Positions 1 to 12,244 are shown, numbered from the stretch's first letter. The stretch is 64,000 nucleotides of DNA from an uncultured Chloroflexia bacterium (GCA_963776865.1 CAVZOG010000010.1:65430-129429), one strand, 5' to 3'. Numbers and translations are program-made. Notes: generated from the letters alone by a model not told the origin.

Positions 1-3000
1 AGAATTCCGCTCCCGACTGGCTAAAACCCCGCTCAGCCGTCACGTAGAGCGAACGAGCATCGTTCCAGCGTTGCTCAACAACAGCGAGAGCCGTGTCGAT
101 CGCTATTCGCTCGGCGTCCGCTTGACGTCCGAGTAGCTCGACGCTTGCGATAGCCACGGCGGCTTCGGCAACCCAGCCGGCCTCATTGGCCGCGACACCT
201 GCCGCCATGCCGGCCACGACCGCCGGCACGAGGGTTTCCTGGTGCGACCAGCCGATTCGCGCACCGGGCATCACGGCCCTCCAGTCGCCGCCAGCGAATG
301 AGATTGTGGCCCCAACAGTGGCCATCGAAGTCATGGCCTGCGAGCTAGATGAGCCTGCCATGTCGATAGCAGCCTGGTGTTCCCGCCGAGCCTCATCCAA
401 CCGGCCACGGAACGCGTCGCGCAGGGCGTGTTCGACCATTCGCCAAGCGCCGTAGAAGCCAGTCGAATCGAAGGCCGATGTCTCCTCGATCCAGGCGTCC
501 CAGTCACCCCGCTCGAACGCGTTGGACAACGCATTGCTGGCGAACTGGACGGCCCATGTGCGCAGGCCGAATCGATTGGCGATGGCGTAACTCTCGGCGA
601 GGAGCTGCGCCGCCGCGTTCGTGGCTTCGCTCGCAACAACGCCGAGCAGGTTGTTCCGCGCTCGCAAGGCGGTCCAGTTGTAGCCGAGGCGCTCTGCGAC
701 CTGGATCGCACCGCGCAGGATGATCTCTCCCTCGCGCACTCGGGGCGTGTTGGTCAGTGCCGTGCCCTTGGTTACCAGGGCCTCCGTCAGCTGGATATCC
801 GTAGCGATCCTCACCGCGGCAATGACGCGATCGCAATATTCGACGGATTCTTCGTAGAAACCGCCGATCATCAGCGCCCTGGCCAGCTCGGCCTGTGCAA
901 ACACGACTTCGGGAGTCGATCCAAGGTCCGCGACGCCCTCAAGTGCCGGGCGCAAGATCGCGATAGCGGGTCGCTCACCGTGCTCCATCAGGTAGGCCTC
1001 AACCTGCTGGGTGACGCCGGCCAGGGCGCCGAGCCGGTCGCCGGCGTCGCGGCTAAGGGTCTCGACGGCGCGGGCGTGGTCCATCGAACGACCGGCATCG
1101 CCCAAGTGCCGGGCGGCCGTCGCCGCCCGGGTATGCAGGGCGATGACTTCTGCGTGGTCTGGTCGTCACCTCGATAGCCTGCTCGAGGTACGCCAGAGCC
1201 TGTTTGTAGGAATGAAGCTCGATCGCCCGCTCAGCGGCGCCGCGCAGTGATACGCGAGCCTGGGCCGCGAGCGCTTCCGCTTCCGCGCCGGAAGCCGCTC
1301 TTTGTGCGGCGACGTAGTGGCTGGCCAGCACACCGGCCAGCTCGTCGTCGCCCAGCGACTCGTAGTAACGAGCCGCGGCCACGTGCAGCGCTCGTTGGTC
1401 GGCGCGCGACAGCGACCCTTCGGCGACCTCGCGCACAACTCCCTGCACGAACTGGTATTGGCCACGCTCCGGTGAGCGCGGGTCGACATCGACGCGCAGC
1501 AGCTGACGTTTCACGATTTCGCCCAGTCGCTCGGCCAGAGAATCGAGCGGTTCGCCGTGGACCGCGGACAGCGCCTCGCCGGTGAAGCTGAGGCCGAGAA
1601 CGGCCGCGGACTGGAGCACCTTGCGATCCCGTTCGCCGAGAGCGTCGAGCCTCGCCGCGATCAGGGCATGTAGTGATGCGGGAACCGCCAGGCGCTCGAG
1701 CTCGCCCGTCAGCTCGTATCGTCCGTCGCCGGTCGGCCCCAACTCCCCGCGGTCGAGGAGCATGCGGATCGTCTCGACGGCGTAGAGAGGGACGCCCTCC
1801 GCGCGGTCGACGATCGCGTCGGTCGCGGCGGCAGGAATGCCAGGTACCGTCCCACGCACCATCTCCGCGATCTGCACCGCGTCGAGAGGCTCCAGTCTGA
1901 TCCCGGTGAAGCTGCGCACGCTGCTGCCCCAGCCCGCCCGCCGCTCGGCGAGCTCCGGCCGCGCGAGGGTCATCACGAAGAGCGGACTGCTCCGTGACCT
2001 GTCGAGCAATTCCTCGACGAAGTCGATCATGCCGTCGTCCGCCCATTGCAGGTCCTCGAAGATGAGCACGACCGGCCCGCGATCAGCGATGCGTTCGAAG
2101 AACGTTCGCCACGCGGCGAAGACCTCGTCACGTGAGCCGGGCGGCATCGGCTCGAGAGCCAGCAGGGCGGCCAGCCGCTGCTCGATCCAGCGCAGCTCGA
2201 CATCGTCGGTGACCCACTCGGCCACTGATTCGCCCAGTCGCCGGCGAGCAACCTCAGGCGAATCTGCCTCGGCGATGCCGGCACGGCTTCGAACCATCTC
2301 GGCCAGCGCCCAGTAGCTGATCCCTTCGCCGTAAGCCGGTGACCGACCGGTGTGCCACCAGACCGTGTCGACAACGCCGTCGATGTACTTCTCGAACTCC
2401 CACGCAAGCCGGCTCTTGCCGATGCCGGCCTGGCCGATCACGGATACCAGGCGCGGCTTGCCCTCACGTTCAGTGGCGTGGAATAGATCCTTGAGCAGCA
2501 GGAGCTCCTCGTCGCGTCCGGTGAAGGGCGGCTCGAGGGTGTCTGATCGGCCCGAACCGCCGCGCTTGGCCACGACCGCGGTCGCTCGCCAGGCAGGCAC
2601 GGGCGACTGCTTGCCCTTGAGCATCTGCTCACCAGCCTGCTCGTAGGCGATCGCCTCGTGAGTGGAGCGATACGTTGCTTCGCCGACCAGCACGGCACCC
2701 GGTGGAGCGACGGATTGGAGGCGGCTGGCGGTATTGACGATGTCGCCGGCGACCATGCCCTGGCCGATGGCGCCCACGGTCACCGCCGTCTCGCCCGTCA
2801 GGACTCCGGCGCGAACCTGAACCGGCAAGCTTCCGGACAGCCCGGGCACCGAGCCAACGATGTCGAGCGCGGCGCGGACCGCCCGCTCAGCATCATCCTC
2901 GAACGCGGTCGGCGCGCCCCAGACGGCCATCACGGCGTCGCCGATGAACTTCTCGACCGTGCCGCCATAGCGCTCGACGATCGTTCGCGTCTGCTCGAAG

Positions 3001-3323
3001 TAACGCGTCAGGAATTCGCGCGTGTCCTCCGGATCGCGGTCCTCGGCGAGCGTGGTAAAGCCGACCAGATCCGCAAACAGGACGGTGACCAGACGCCGCT
3101 CGGCGATGCCAAGCTGCGCCCCGTGAGCGTCAGCGTGTCGTATTGCGCCGGTCGTGGCATTGTGAGCCCCGGCAGCTAACGTCGTACCGCATTCGCCACA
3201 GAACTTGGCTGCTTCAGGGTTCTCCGCGCCGCAGTTGGGGCAGCCGGTAGCCAGACGCGCGCCGCACTCGATGCAGAACTTGCGCGTCCCCTCGTTGACG
3301 GTCTGGCACTGCGAACAGATCAC
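1..3323 (-). CDS. Double zinc-ribbon / class III adenylate-guanylate cyclase / P-loop (STAND-like AAA) ATPase / helical-repeat (TPR-like) signalling protein. The C-terminal part runs off the window at nt 1. The frame is broken at ~1150-1165.
   Basis: ORF 1053..3323 has an N-terminus with four CxxC pairs (MICSQCQ..CIECG..CPNCG..CGECG). It also has the cyclase core LVTVLFADLVGFT..FIGDAVMAVWGAP..RAGVLTGE and Walker A GQAGIGKSRL. Below ~1165 a second minus frame, closed upstream by TGA at 1166-1168, stays open to nt 1 and reads helical-repeat sequence (PDHAEVIALHTRAATAARHLGDAG...). The first frame decays into RPRRSHRPAYPGG and stops at 1053. Confidence 0.8.
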
Positions 3324-3347
3324 CGTTTGGTCAGCGTATCAGCGGCC

Positions 3348-4103
3348 CTAGTCGGCCGGCGCGGCCCAGCGGGACCAGGCGAACGAGGGTTCGAAGCCCA
3401 GACCCTTGTAGAGCTCGACGGCGCCGACGTTTTCCTCGATCACTGATAGCCAGACCAGCTTGTGCCCCGTGGCGAGGCCGGCGCGAGTTGCGACCGCGGT
3501 GATCATCTGGCCGTAGCCGCGCCGGCGGTGGCGCGCAGCGACGCCGACGGCGCTGAGTGACGCGACCCCCGGGCCGCTCGTAAGGCGGAGGCTCGCAACC
3601 GGCTCGTGCACGAGCCGCAGCAGGAAGGCTCGGATCGTGCCGTCCTGCACCGCGACTGCCAGGCGCTCCGCTCGCTCGTCCAGGCCGTCGAGAGTCAGAT
3701 CGAAGTTGGCGACCTCGAGCCGCGCCGCATCCATGGCGCTCGCCGGCGTCACCGCCTCGACGCGCAGCCCGGGATCGAGATGCGGCACGACAGGCGCGTG
3801 GCGAGTCGTCATGATCCGCTCGCCGTTCAGCCGCACCCAGCCCAGTGCCTCCAGCCGATCGGCCAGGTCGGGCGGCTCGGTCAGGCCATCGGCGACGGAA
3901 ACGACCGGCCACTCCCCTGCCTCGCGCATTGCTCGATCCAGGGCCTGGACGCGCCGTCGGCCATCGGCCGGGCGCCAGCGGATCTGCGCCGCGTAGTTGA
4001 GCCCGGGTCCGCGACCATGCAGCGCGGACCATCGCGACGCCGAGCCGGCTCGTCGAATACCTCCGCGCCGGCTGCGGGTCAGCTCGACGTGCATTCGCTC
4101 CAT
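3348..4103 (-). CDS. GNAT-family N-acetyltransferase
   Basis: 251-aa ORF with an acetyl-CoA-site pattern VGVAARHRRRGYGQMI and C-terminal ..VELYKGLGFEP. The start codon was not verified. Confidence 0.7.
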   Translation of the reverse strand: MERMHVELTRSRRGGIRRAGSASRWSALHGRGPGLNYAAQIRWRPADGRRRVQALDRAMREAGEWPVVSVADGLTEPPDLADRLEALGWVRLNGERIMTTRHAPVVPHLDPGLRVEAVTPASAMDAARLEVANFDLTLDGLDERAERLAVAVQDGTIRAFLLRLVHEPVASLRLTSGPGVASLSAVGVAARHRRRGYGQMITAVATRAGLATGHKLVWLSVIEENVGAVELYKGLGFEPSFAWSRWAAPAD

Positions 4104-4214
4104 CGCCTCGAGCTCATCGCGCGTCGGCGCGGCGGCATCCTCGTGCTCGTACCGCGTCGGATCGCGGACGTGCCGTCGCCGGCCGACGGGGCAGTGGAGG
4201 TGAGTCGCCTGAGC

Positions 4215-5097
4215 TCATCGGAGAGCGGCGAGGACCTCGTTGTCGAAGCGCTCGACGAGCGCGACCAGCTTCTCTGGGTCCGTCTCGGCGAAGTCGACGG
4301 CGACGTGGTCGACGCCGATCGCCTCGAACTCGCGCAGCTCGCCGACCATCTGCTCGGGCGTGCCGGCGACCATGAAGAAGGGCACGTCGTGGCGGCCGAA
4401 GCCGACCCGGAAACGAGCCGAGATGGTCGGCGAGGGCCGGCCGGCCGCTTCTGCCGCGGCGCGGACGATCGGCACGCGGACGGCCACCTGGGCCGGGCTC
4501 GACGAGGACGAGTGGTAGCCATTCCCGAGCCGCCCGGCCCGCTCGAGCACCGCCGGCTCGCGGCCACCGACCCACACCGCCAGTTCGCGGCCCTGCGGTG
4601 GCAATGGCAGAAAACGCGACCTCTTCGAATGAATGGAAGCGCCCCTCGAACGGCCCCGTGCCACCGCCCCACAGGTAGCGCCACATCTCGATCGACTCGT
4701 CGAGGTATGCGCCACGCCGGCCGAACCGGTCCTCGAGGCCGAGATGGGCGAACTCCTTCCGGTTCCAGCCGACACCGACGCCGGCGATCAGCCGCCCACC
4801 CGACAAGGCGTCCAGCGTGGCCAGCTCCTTGGCGAGCTGGACCGCGTCGCGCATCGGCACGACGACGACGCTGATTCCGACGCGCAGGCTCGGTTGCCGC
4901 GCTGCCACATGGGCAACGGTCACCAGCGCCTCGAAGATCGTGAAGTAGTCCTCGCTCCGCTTGGACGGCTCGACGAGCAGGTGATCGGTCGTGAAGACGG
5001 AATGCCAGCCGAGTCGGGCGGCCACCTCCGCCCCTGCGTCGATTGCCTCGACGCTCGCTGCCTCGCGGTACGAGGGCAGGATGAGCCCGATATCCAC
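4215..5097 (-). CDS. Luciferase-like (LLM class, F420/flavin-dependent) oxidoreductase, frameshifted as assembled
   Basis: A GTG at 5097 gives VDIGLILPSY..FTTDHLLV..GGRLIAGVGVGWNRKEFAHLG..FEGRFHSFEEVAF. The C-terminal half (LPLPPQGRELAVWVGG..MVAGTPEQMVGELREFEAIGVDHVAVDF) lies in another frame (ORF 4215..4775). Deleting one A from the AAAA run at 4611-4614 joins the two halves exactly. Confidence 0.8.
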
Positions 5098-5110
5098 CGG
5101 TCGAGGGCCG

Positions 5111-6927
5111 CTAGTTGTCGCCGAGGTAGGCGCGGCGGACCCACTTGATCGGCGGCGTGCCGTGCGAGATGACCGATTCGAGGTGAGCTCGGTAATCGAA
5201 GCCGGGCGTCTCGCCCAATCCACCGGCAATCCGCTGCGGCGGCACGGCATCCTCGCCGGCGCCGGCTGCAACTGCTGCTCGCTTGCGCGCGGCGACCTCC
5301 ATGTCCCACATCTCGAGCGCGCCGAGGTAGTAGGTCGACAGCTGGGTCGACGTAAGCCGCGCACGAAGCCACTTCGCGCGTGCCTCGTCCTCTTCCTGGA
5401 AGCCGCCGCGGACCATCATGTCCATCGCTTCCTGCTCGGTCATGCCCGCGGTGTGGATGCGCACGTCCATCAGCGCGTTGGTGATCGCGCGCAGGTAGAA
5501 CTTCCAGTGGTTGAGCAGCAACGCCGGCTCGAAGTCGCCGTAACCGAGATCCATCATCACCTGGGTGACGTAGACCGCCCAGCCCTCGGCGAACATGCCG
5601 CTGCCGAAGACCGACCGCGTCAGGTTGGGCGTCCGATTCGAGTACGCCAGCTGGAGGTAGTGGCCGGGCACGCCCTCGTGAATGGCCAGCAAGCGGAGCA
5701 TTCGGTCGTTGTCCTCGCGCAGATACGACTCGACCGCTTCCGGTCCCGCCGATTCATCGGGCGGAGTGATCCAGAAGTAGCTCGACAGCCCCTTGTCGAG
5801 CGGGCCCGGCGATTCGAGGAATGCCCGACCGTAGGCGCGCATGTAGACCGGCGTCCAGGTGATCTGCATCGGCTCGTCGGGCAGGCCGATGACGTCGTTG
5901 ACGCGGCAGAACTCCTCGACGCGGGCGACCTCGGCCCGACTCCAGTCGAGCAGCTCGTGCGGCTGGCGATGCTCGCGCGCGACTGCATCGAGCGCGCGGC
6001 GGATGACCTCGTCGCCATCCTCGGGCATCGACTGGCCGGGCAGCCACTGCGGCCACGCCTCGCGCGCCAGGCGCAGGATCTCGGCACGAACGACCCCGTA
6101 GTCGTTCTTTGCCCGTTGCTCCAGCTCCTCGTACGACAGGTCGCTCGACAGCGTGTGGCGCAGCTTGGCCGCGAAGAGCGCCGGACCCAGCCGCCCATCG
6201 CCCTCCGAGCGCGGCAAGACTTCCTGTTCGAGTCGGCGCCGGAACTCGGCGACGGCCTGGCTGGCAGATGCGCAGCGGCCGACTTGAGCTCCTCGGCCAC
6301 GTCCGCCGCCTCGCCCTCAGCCGCGCGGCGGTCGCTCTCGGCCAGGCCCTGGTCGATCAGCTCGGTGATGCCGCTCAGCTGGGCCAGGGCGGTGTCGGTA
6401 TGAACGCGCGAAACGGGCCTGCCGGGCAGGCCGTGCAGATTGTCGATTGCGGCGTCGAGCAGCTCGGCCAGACCGGCAACGCGGCCGGCGAAGGCCATTC
6501 CCCGGTGCTGCCACGGCGCGAACTCGCGGGCGAGCAACCCGAACAGGCCGCTGCCGATGAGATGCACGTAAGCCAGCGGATCCCACGCCTGCTGACGCAG
6601 CTCCGCCTCGTCGAACTCGAACGACTCGATTGCCTCGAGCACGATGCCGCGATCGATCAGCTCGGCGGCACTCAGCTCGGCCTCAGACAGCGCCTGGAGA
6701 CGCGCCCGATGATGGCGCAGCGTGGCCAGCCGGGCAGCTCGGCCGGCCTCGGTCAGGTCCGGCCAACGGTCGTCGTGAGCGTGGAAGCCAACCTGCGTCG
6801 CCCACGTCGGCTGTGCCGCGAACAGGTCGTCGAGCAGCCGATGCAGCGCGAAGTCGAAGACCGTGCGCGGCTCGGGCCGGGTGTCCTCGGCCAACGAAGC
6901 GAACCGGCGACCGGCGACCTCTGTCAC
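5111..6927 (-). CDS. DUF885-family protein, frameshifted as assembled
   Basis: The C-terminal part (ORF 5111..6217) carries the family motif AIHEGVPGHYLQ. The N-terminal part sits in the frame of ORF 5620..7026. The frames join near 6262-6290 (..ELKSAAA / ASASQAVAEFRRRLEQEVLPRSEGDG). GTG at 6927 is preceded by GGAGG with an 8-nt spacer. Confidence 0.75.
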
Positions 6928-7035
6928 TCTGGCGACCTCCGACTGAACACGACATCGGCAAACTCGGGGCTGGGCGAGCATCCTAGTCCGCGTCGCCGGA
7001 TGTAGCATGGCCGGCGCTGGCCGCACTCAAGGCAG

Positions 7036-7464
7036 ATGCTGGCCACAGCGCGAGGAACCTTCTACTTGCTCGATATCGGCATCCGCATCCTGGTCAATGC
7101 CATCGCGCTGGTGGCTGCGATCCGCCTCGTTCCGAACGTGACCTTTGATGGGGAGTGGTGGCAGCTGGCCCTGCTGGCCGTCATCTTCGGCCTCGTCAAC
7201 GCCTACATCAGGCCGATCGTCAAGATGCTCAGCCTGCCGCTCACCTTCGTCACCTTTGGCCTTATCGGACTCGTCATCAACACGGCGATGGTGCTGCTCG
7301 CGGCCGGGCTGAGCGACAGCCTGAAGCTCAACTTCACCCTCGCCGGCTGGCCGCCCGGATCGATCGACCTCGACGTGATCATCGCCGCGTTCCTGACTTC
7401 CGTGGTGCTCAGCGTCGTGTCGATGATCATGTCGCTCGTCAGGTTGGCGGCGCCACGCGTCTGA
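7036..7464 (+). CDS. DUF360 / holin superfamily IV-type small membrane protein
   Basis: 142 aa with 4 predicted TM segments. Family-like pattern ILVNAIAL..FGLVNAYIRPIVKMLSLPLTFVTFGLIGLVINTAMVLL. Confidence 0.65.
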   Translation: MLATARGTFYLLDIGIRILVNAIALVAAIRLVPNVTFDGEWWQLALLAVIFGLVNAYIRPIVKMLSLPLTFVTFGLIGLVINTAMVLLAAGLSDSLKLNFTLAGWPPGSIDLDVIIAAFLTSVVLSVVSMIMSLVRLAAPRV

Positions 7465-7486
7465 TTCCGGCTCGGGGCGCAGCCAC

Positions 7487-8840
7487 GTGGCGCTGAATGT
7501 GACGATCGTTGCCGGCGACAGCTTCGAGTTCGACGCGCGCGGACAACGAATAGGTCGATCGCTTGCGGCAGAGGGTCACCTCGTGCGAGTGCTGGCGCTG
7601 GTCGACGATGGCGCGCGTCACTGGTGCAACACCTGGGACACCGTTTCGGGTGACGCCCCTGCAGCTTGACCGGCGCATCACCTCGGTTTTTCGGCCGCTT
7701 CCACAGCGTGCAAGACAGGCGATGGCCGCAGCCATCGGGCTGGATCCTGAGGCGACCATCCTTCCGGTCGACCAGCCACACGGCGCGGACATGGTGCGCC
7801 ACCCATTGAGGCGGATAGCCGAGATCGGCGCCCATCTGCGCAGGATCGGCCCGTGGGCCGACGCGATCGCCGCCGCCGCACCGGACACCGACGTATTCCA
7901 TACCCAATCAATCACGGCCCTGCCCGCGGTCCAGGCCGCGGCGCATCGATTGGGAGCGCGGTACGTGTACGACTATGCGGACATCCAGACCGACGGCGCG
8001 CGACTCGCACGGCTGCCAGGGCCGATCCGCTCTCTGGCGCGAGGATTCGAAACCCGTTGGGCCCGCGGAGCCTCTGCCCGGCTCGCGGCCAGCTCGGGCC
8101 TGGCCTCGGTGGTCGAACGCCGGACGCACATCCGTCCGGCAGTCGTGATGAACTGCCCTCCTGCGTGGCAGCCAGGCATTGACGAGCCGCCGCGGTTCGA
8201 TCGGATCCGCGAACACCTGGGTATCCCGACCGATCGACCGATCGTGCTCCATCACGGTCAGCTGAAGCTCGGTCGCGGCATTGAGGAGCTGGTCGCGGCG
8301 GCCGCAACTTCGGCGCTCGCCGGTCACGATCCGGCGGTCGTGATCATGGGTTTCGGGCGCCTGGAGAGCTACGCGCGCGCCGCTGCGGCGCGCCTGCCGG
8401 ATCGTGTGTACGTCTTGCCGCCCGTCCCGCCGGACGAGCTGCTGGAGTGGATCGCAAGCGCCGACGTGGCCTACCTGGGCATCCCGCCTGCGACGCCCAA
8501 CATCCGCCTGACACTGCCCAACAAGCTGTTCGAATCGATGATGGCCGGTGTGCCCTCGATCGCGGCGACGGGGACGGCGGCAGCACGTTTGATCGAGCGC
8601 GAGGGAGTCGGTCGGTTGGCCCGGATCGAGTTCCCCGACGAGCTGGCGACCGCCCTGAATGCGCTGCTCGACATGCCTCCCGGAGAGCGCTCCGCATTGC
8701 GCCGGCACTGTCGAACAGTGGCGCTGCGCTCCTACTCATGGGAGATTCGGCAGGGTCCGCTGATCGACGCTTACCGTAGCCTGACGGCAGGTGACTGCAG
8801 CCGAACGTCGATCGCGGACCGCAGGTTCTGGCCGTCGTAG
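7487..8840 (+). CDS. GT-B fold glycosyltransferase (GT4/GT1-like), frameshifted as assembled
   Basis: The N-terminus VTIVAGDSFEFDARGQRIGRSLAAEGHLVRVLAL is in ORF 7487..7669. The rest is in ORF 7563..8840 and includes the EX7E-type region PNKLFESMMAGVPSIAATGTAAARLIEREGVG. The junction is ~7605-7625, in a GC-repeat context. Confidence 0.7.
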
Positions 8841-9758
8841 TCAACTACAACGGCGCGGGCATGACGGTGCGGGCAGTCGAGACCCTCCGAGCGCAAGCCG
8901 GAGGAGATGCGCTTCGCCTGCTGGTCGTCGACAACGGGTCGTCTGCCGCCGACTTCGCCGAGCTCGAGAGCCGCTTGAGCGGTCGGGTTGAGCTGATCCG
9001 GTGGGCGCGTAATCGCGGCTACGGCGCGGCGTGCAATGCCGCCTCGCTCATCGCGGCGGAAAGCGGCATCCCTTACGTCTGGTGGCTAAACAACGACCTG
9101 GAGCTGGAGCCCGGCGCCATGCGACGCATTGATGGCTCACCTGGAGGCGTCGCCGCGGACTGCGGCCGCTGGCGCGGTAACCGTCGACCTTGAGACGGGC
9201 GCTCTCGTGCTCGGTGCCGGCATGGACCTGTCGCTATGGCGGAGCCGCGTCCGGAACCGTTACGCCGGCGCCAGGGTTGAGCAGCTTCCCGGATCGCCGT
9301 ACGAGGTGGACGTGATCGCGGCGGCGTGTGTGCTGGTCAGGATTTCAGCACTTCGCGACATAGGTGGCATGGACGAGGGCTACTTCATGTACGGCGAGGA
9401 CGTCGACTGGTCGTTTCGTGCAAGCGCGGCGGGCTACGCCCTCGACATCGTTCCAGCCGCCCGAGTCAGGCACGGCTGGGCGCAAAGCTCGCGCCCCGAG
9501 GATCGCCTGCGCTACATCATGCGCAACCGAGTGCGCATGATGCGGATCCATGGCACGACAGCGGTCCAGGCTGCGTTCATGGGCTACTTCCTGTTCGGGT
9601 GGCTGCCGGCCTACACCGTCGCACGCCTCGTCCCTCGTTTTGGCCTAGGCCGGGGACTTCGCCTCGCCGTCTCGCCGCTGATCTGGAACATGCGCGATGC
9701 CATCCGACGCGGGCGTTGGCGGTTGCGCGCCGAGGACCTCGACATCGCCCGCATCTGA
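8791..9758 (+). CDS. Family 2 glycosyltransferase, frameshifted as assembled; 5' end uncertain
   Basis: VLAVVVNYNGAGMTVRAVETL..VVDNGSSA (8825 onward, frame of ORF 8861..9193) continues as DALMAHLEASPRTAAAG..DEGYFMYGEDVDWSFRA in ORF 9129..9758. The junction is ~9115-9123. The conserved VVVNYNG lies upstream of the first ATG (8861). The only upstream start (GTG 8791) is in a third frame, so a further indel at 8795-8840 is possible. Confidence 0.7.
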
Positions 9759-11028
9759 TCGTTCTGGGACTGCCGCGAGTGCCAGCGCGGCGACGATGAA
9801 GAAGGCCGCGTAACCCTGCGTGGACTCCAGCGTCGAGGCGAACAACGCCAGGATCAGCTCGGCAACGAGGGCGATGCTCAGCGCCAGTCCAATGGGCGAC
9901 CGCCATGCACGGCTCGCACGCGCCACGATTACCCCTGCCAGGAACAGGAACGACCCCGTGCCCACGAGCCCGAGCTCGACCAGCAACGAGAGGTACATGT
10001 TGTCGACGTAGCTGATCTGGCCGATCAGGCCGCTCAGCACGGTCATGCCACTCAACAGGCCCCAGCCGAACAACGGCTTGGCGCTGAGCGCCTCGATCGT
10101 CGCTTCGATGCTGGCCACTCGCATGGCCACCGAATCCTGCAGGATCCTGCCCGTCTCGCCCTGACCTGAACCGGCGATCTGCGGCTCAATGGACAACACC
10201 GTGAATGCCGCCGCGACGATGCCGGCCATCACGAGGAAGGCAAACCCGACCGTGCGCCGGCCACGAACGAGGAGATAGACGCCGGGCACGACGAACATCG
10301 CGGTCATCGCCAGGCGGCTCACGGTCAGGATCGCGACCGAGACGGCAAGGATCAACCAGCCGGCGCCGGCGAGCACCCTCTCGCGTCCCTTCCCGTCCAC
10401 GAGTGCCGGCATCAGCAGCGCGCTCGCGACAACCATCCAGATCCCAAAGAACAGCGTTGCCCTGAATGGGCCTGCCTGCCGCTCGAGCCCGAAGCGAGCC
10501 GTGGGTTCCATCAGCGGATCTGTTCCGGCCAGAGATGAGAGCACGTGGTCGTAGTGAATCCCGAAGACCGCCAGGGTGAAGACCAGCGCGGCAACGGCGA
10601 CGGTCGTGGCAGCCACGGTGGTGACGAGTGTCCGCAAGTCCGCCACCAACAGCTGCCGCGCGGTACATCAGCAGAAACACGAGCAGCCCCTCGACCACCA
10701 GTGATGCGTAGCGCGTCCAGGATGCGGCAGAGGGGTTGATCGTCGCGGTCACCAGCGCCGAGCCGAGGAAGGCCGCCCAACCGACCCACACAAGGACGGG
10801 CAGGCGCCGAGCCGCGGCGAGGTATGACCGCCAATCAGTCAGGGCAATGAGCGCTGCGCCTGCGAGCACCAGCCGCGACGGTGACAGCACGATGCCGCCC
10901 ACGCGCAGGCCGAAGTCGGCCGGGAAGACGAGCAGCGCGACGATGTAGGCGGCCATCAACCAAACGGGCGCCCGTGATCGCGCCGCTGCCGATGGCTGCG
11001 CGATCACCGTCGATTGCTGCGCGGTCAC
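9645..11028 (-). CDS. O-antigen ligase / Wzy-like polytopic membrane protein, frameshifted as assembled
   Basis: Two ORFs (10186..11028 and 9645..10649) together give at least 10 hydrophobic segments, including ..AKPLFGWGLLSG..YVDNMYLSLLVELGLVG. The junction is 10647-10667 (..LLMYRAA / QLLVADLRTLVTT). The GTG start overlaps the GT4 stop (GTGA at 11025-11028). The 3' end overlaps the convergent GT2 gene by ~110 nt, so the true stop is uncertain. Confidence 0.65.
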
Positions 11029-12227
11029 CGCCGCATTTCGTGGGCAGTGGCGAGAGCAAGGTCGTAGGCGCGGCGCAGGGCGGCCACGCTTCGTTCCCAG
11101 CGCAGCTCCCCTTCCATCCGAGCGCGTCCGACGCTCGCCAGGGCGACCCCCCGGTCGTTCGAAGTCAGGATCTCGACCGCGCAGCGGGCAAGATCGAGCG
11201 GGTCGTTGGGGCGCGCATACAAAGCCGCTTCTCCAGCTGTCTCACGCGTCTCGGCCAGGTCGAAGCAGACGCTCGGAACGCCCATCGCCATGTATTCCAT
11301 TGTCTTGTTCATCGTGCACAGCTCATTGAAGCCGTTTGCCGGGTCGGGACCGATGGCCAGGTCGGCGGTGGACAGGGCGGTACGGAGTTGCGCGTCGGTC
11401 AGGCGGCCCGGAAAGTGAATGTCCTCGCCCATTCCAAGTCGTTTGGCGAGCCGCCGGGCGCTGCCTCGTTCACTGCCGTCACCAATGGCCATGAACTGAA
11501 CTGCACCGGGCAACAGGTCGGCTATCCGACGAGATGCGTGGACGAAGAGGTCTACTCCGTCCTGAGGCCCCATCACACCGACGTAGACAACGAGGAATTG
11601 CCGACCCTTCTTGAGGAGTTGGTCGGGTTCGACCCTGTAAGTCCGGGCTGTGTCGACCGACGACCGCACCACGACCACCCGTCGGGCATCGACGCCGCCA
11701 CGACCCCTCGCCAGCCGGGCGATGCTCTCGTTCGTGGCGATCACGACGTCTGCCGCATGAAAGGACTCGCGTTCGCACCAGACCAGGAACCTGTCGATGA
11801 GCCCGCCCTGCCTTCCGCCCTGGGCGCGATACAGCTCAGGCGATGGATCGTGCTGGTCGAAGATGAACGCGGCGCCGAGCTGGTGAAACGCCCGCGCCAG
11901 CGGAAAGAAGAAATCCGGTGGGTTTGCTGCATGGATTACGTCTACCCGGCGCCTCAGATGGGCGAGTGCCGCCAGGATCGACAGTGCCGGCACGGCGACC
12001 GCGTACTCGAGCAAATGGCCCGCCAGACCGGCGCCCGTTGCCGCAAATGGAAAGCGGTAAATCTCGACGCCGTCCACATGCTCGTGCCAGCGGCCGCCCG
12101 AGAATCCCGGTCCGACGACCGACACCAGCCACCCGTCGCGGCGCAGCGCCTGTGCCTCCGCCCAGACACGTCGGTCGAACGGAACCGGCAGATTCTCGAC
12201 CAGGAGGAGGGCGTGTTTGCCCCGCAC
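11025..12227 (-). CDS. GT4-family glycosyltransferase
   Basis: Intact 400-aa ORF with a typical N-terminus LLLVENLPVPFDRRVWAEAQALRRDGW and C-terminal ..NKTMEYMAMGVPSV.. region. Confidence 0.85.
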   Translation of the reverse strand: MRGKHALLLVENLPVPFDRRVWAEAQALRRDGWLVSVVGPGFSGGRWHEHVDGVEIYRFPFAATGAGLAGHLLEYAVAVPALSILAALAHLRRRVDVIHAANPPDFFFPLARAFHQLGAAFIFDQHDPSPELYRAQGGRQGGLIDRFLVWCERESFHAADVVIATNESIARLARGRGGVDARRVVVVRSSVDTARTYRVEPDQLLKKGRQFLVVYVGVMGPQDGVDLFVHASRRIADLLPGAVQFMAIGDGSERGSARRLAKRLGMGEDIHFPGRLTDAQLRTALSTADLAIGPDPANGFNELCTMNKTMEYMAMGVPSVCFDLAETRETAGEAALYARPNDPLDLARCAVEILTSNDRGVALASVGRARMEGELRWERSVAALRRAYDLALATAHEMRR

Positions 12228-12244
12228 AGCGCCGGTAGCTCCCG

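Noticed and set aside
3606-4874. 422-aa plus-strand ORF, plus many similar long ORFs listed in the track
   Set aside because: It lies antisense to, or out of frame with, the GNAT and LLM genes. Its composition is Arg/Pro/Ala/Gly-dominated with no motif. This is the typical shadow ORF of high-G+C DNA.
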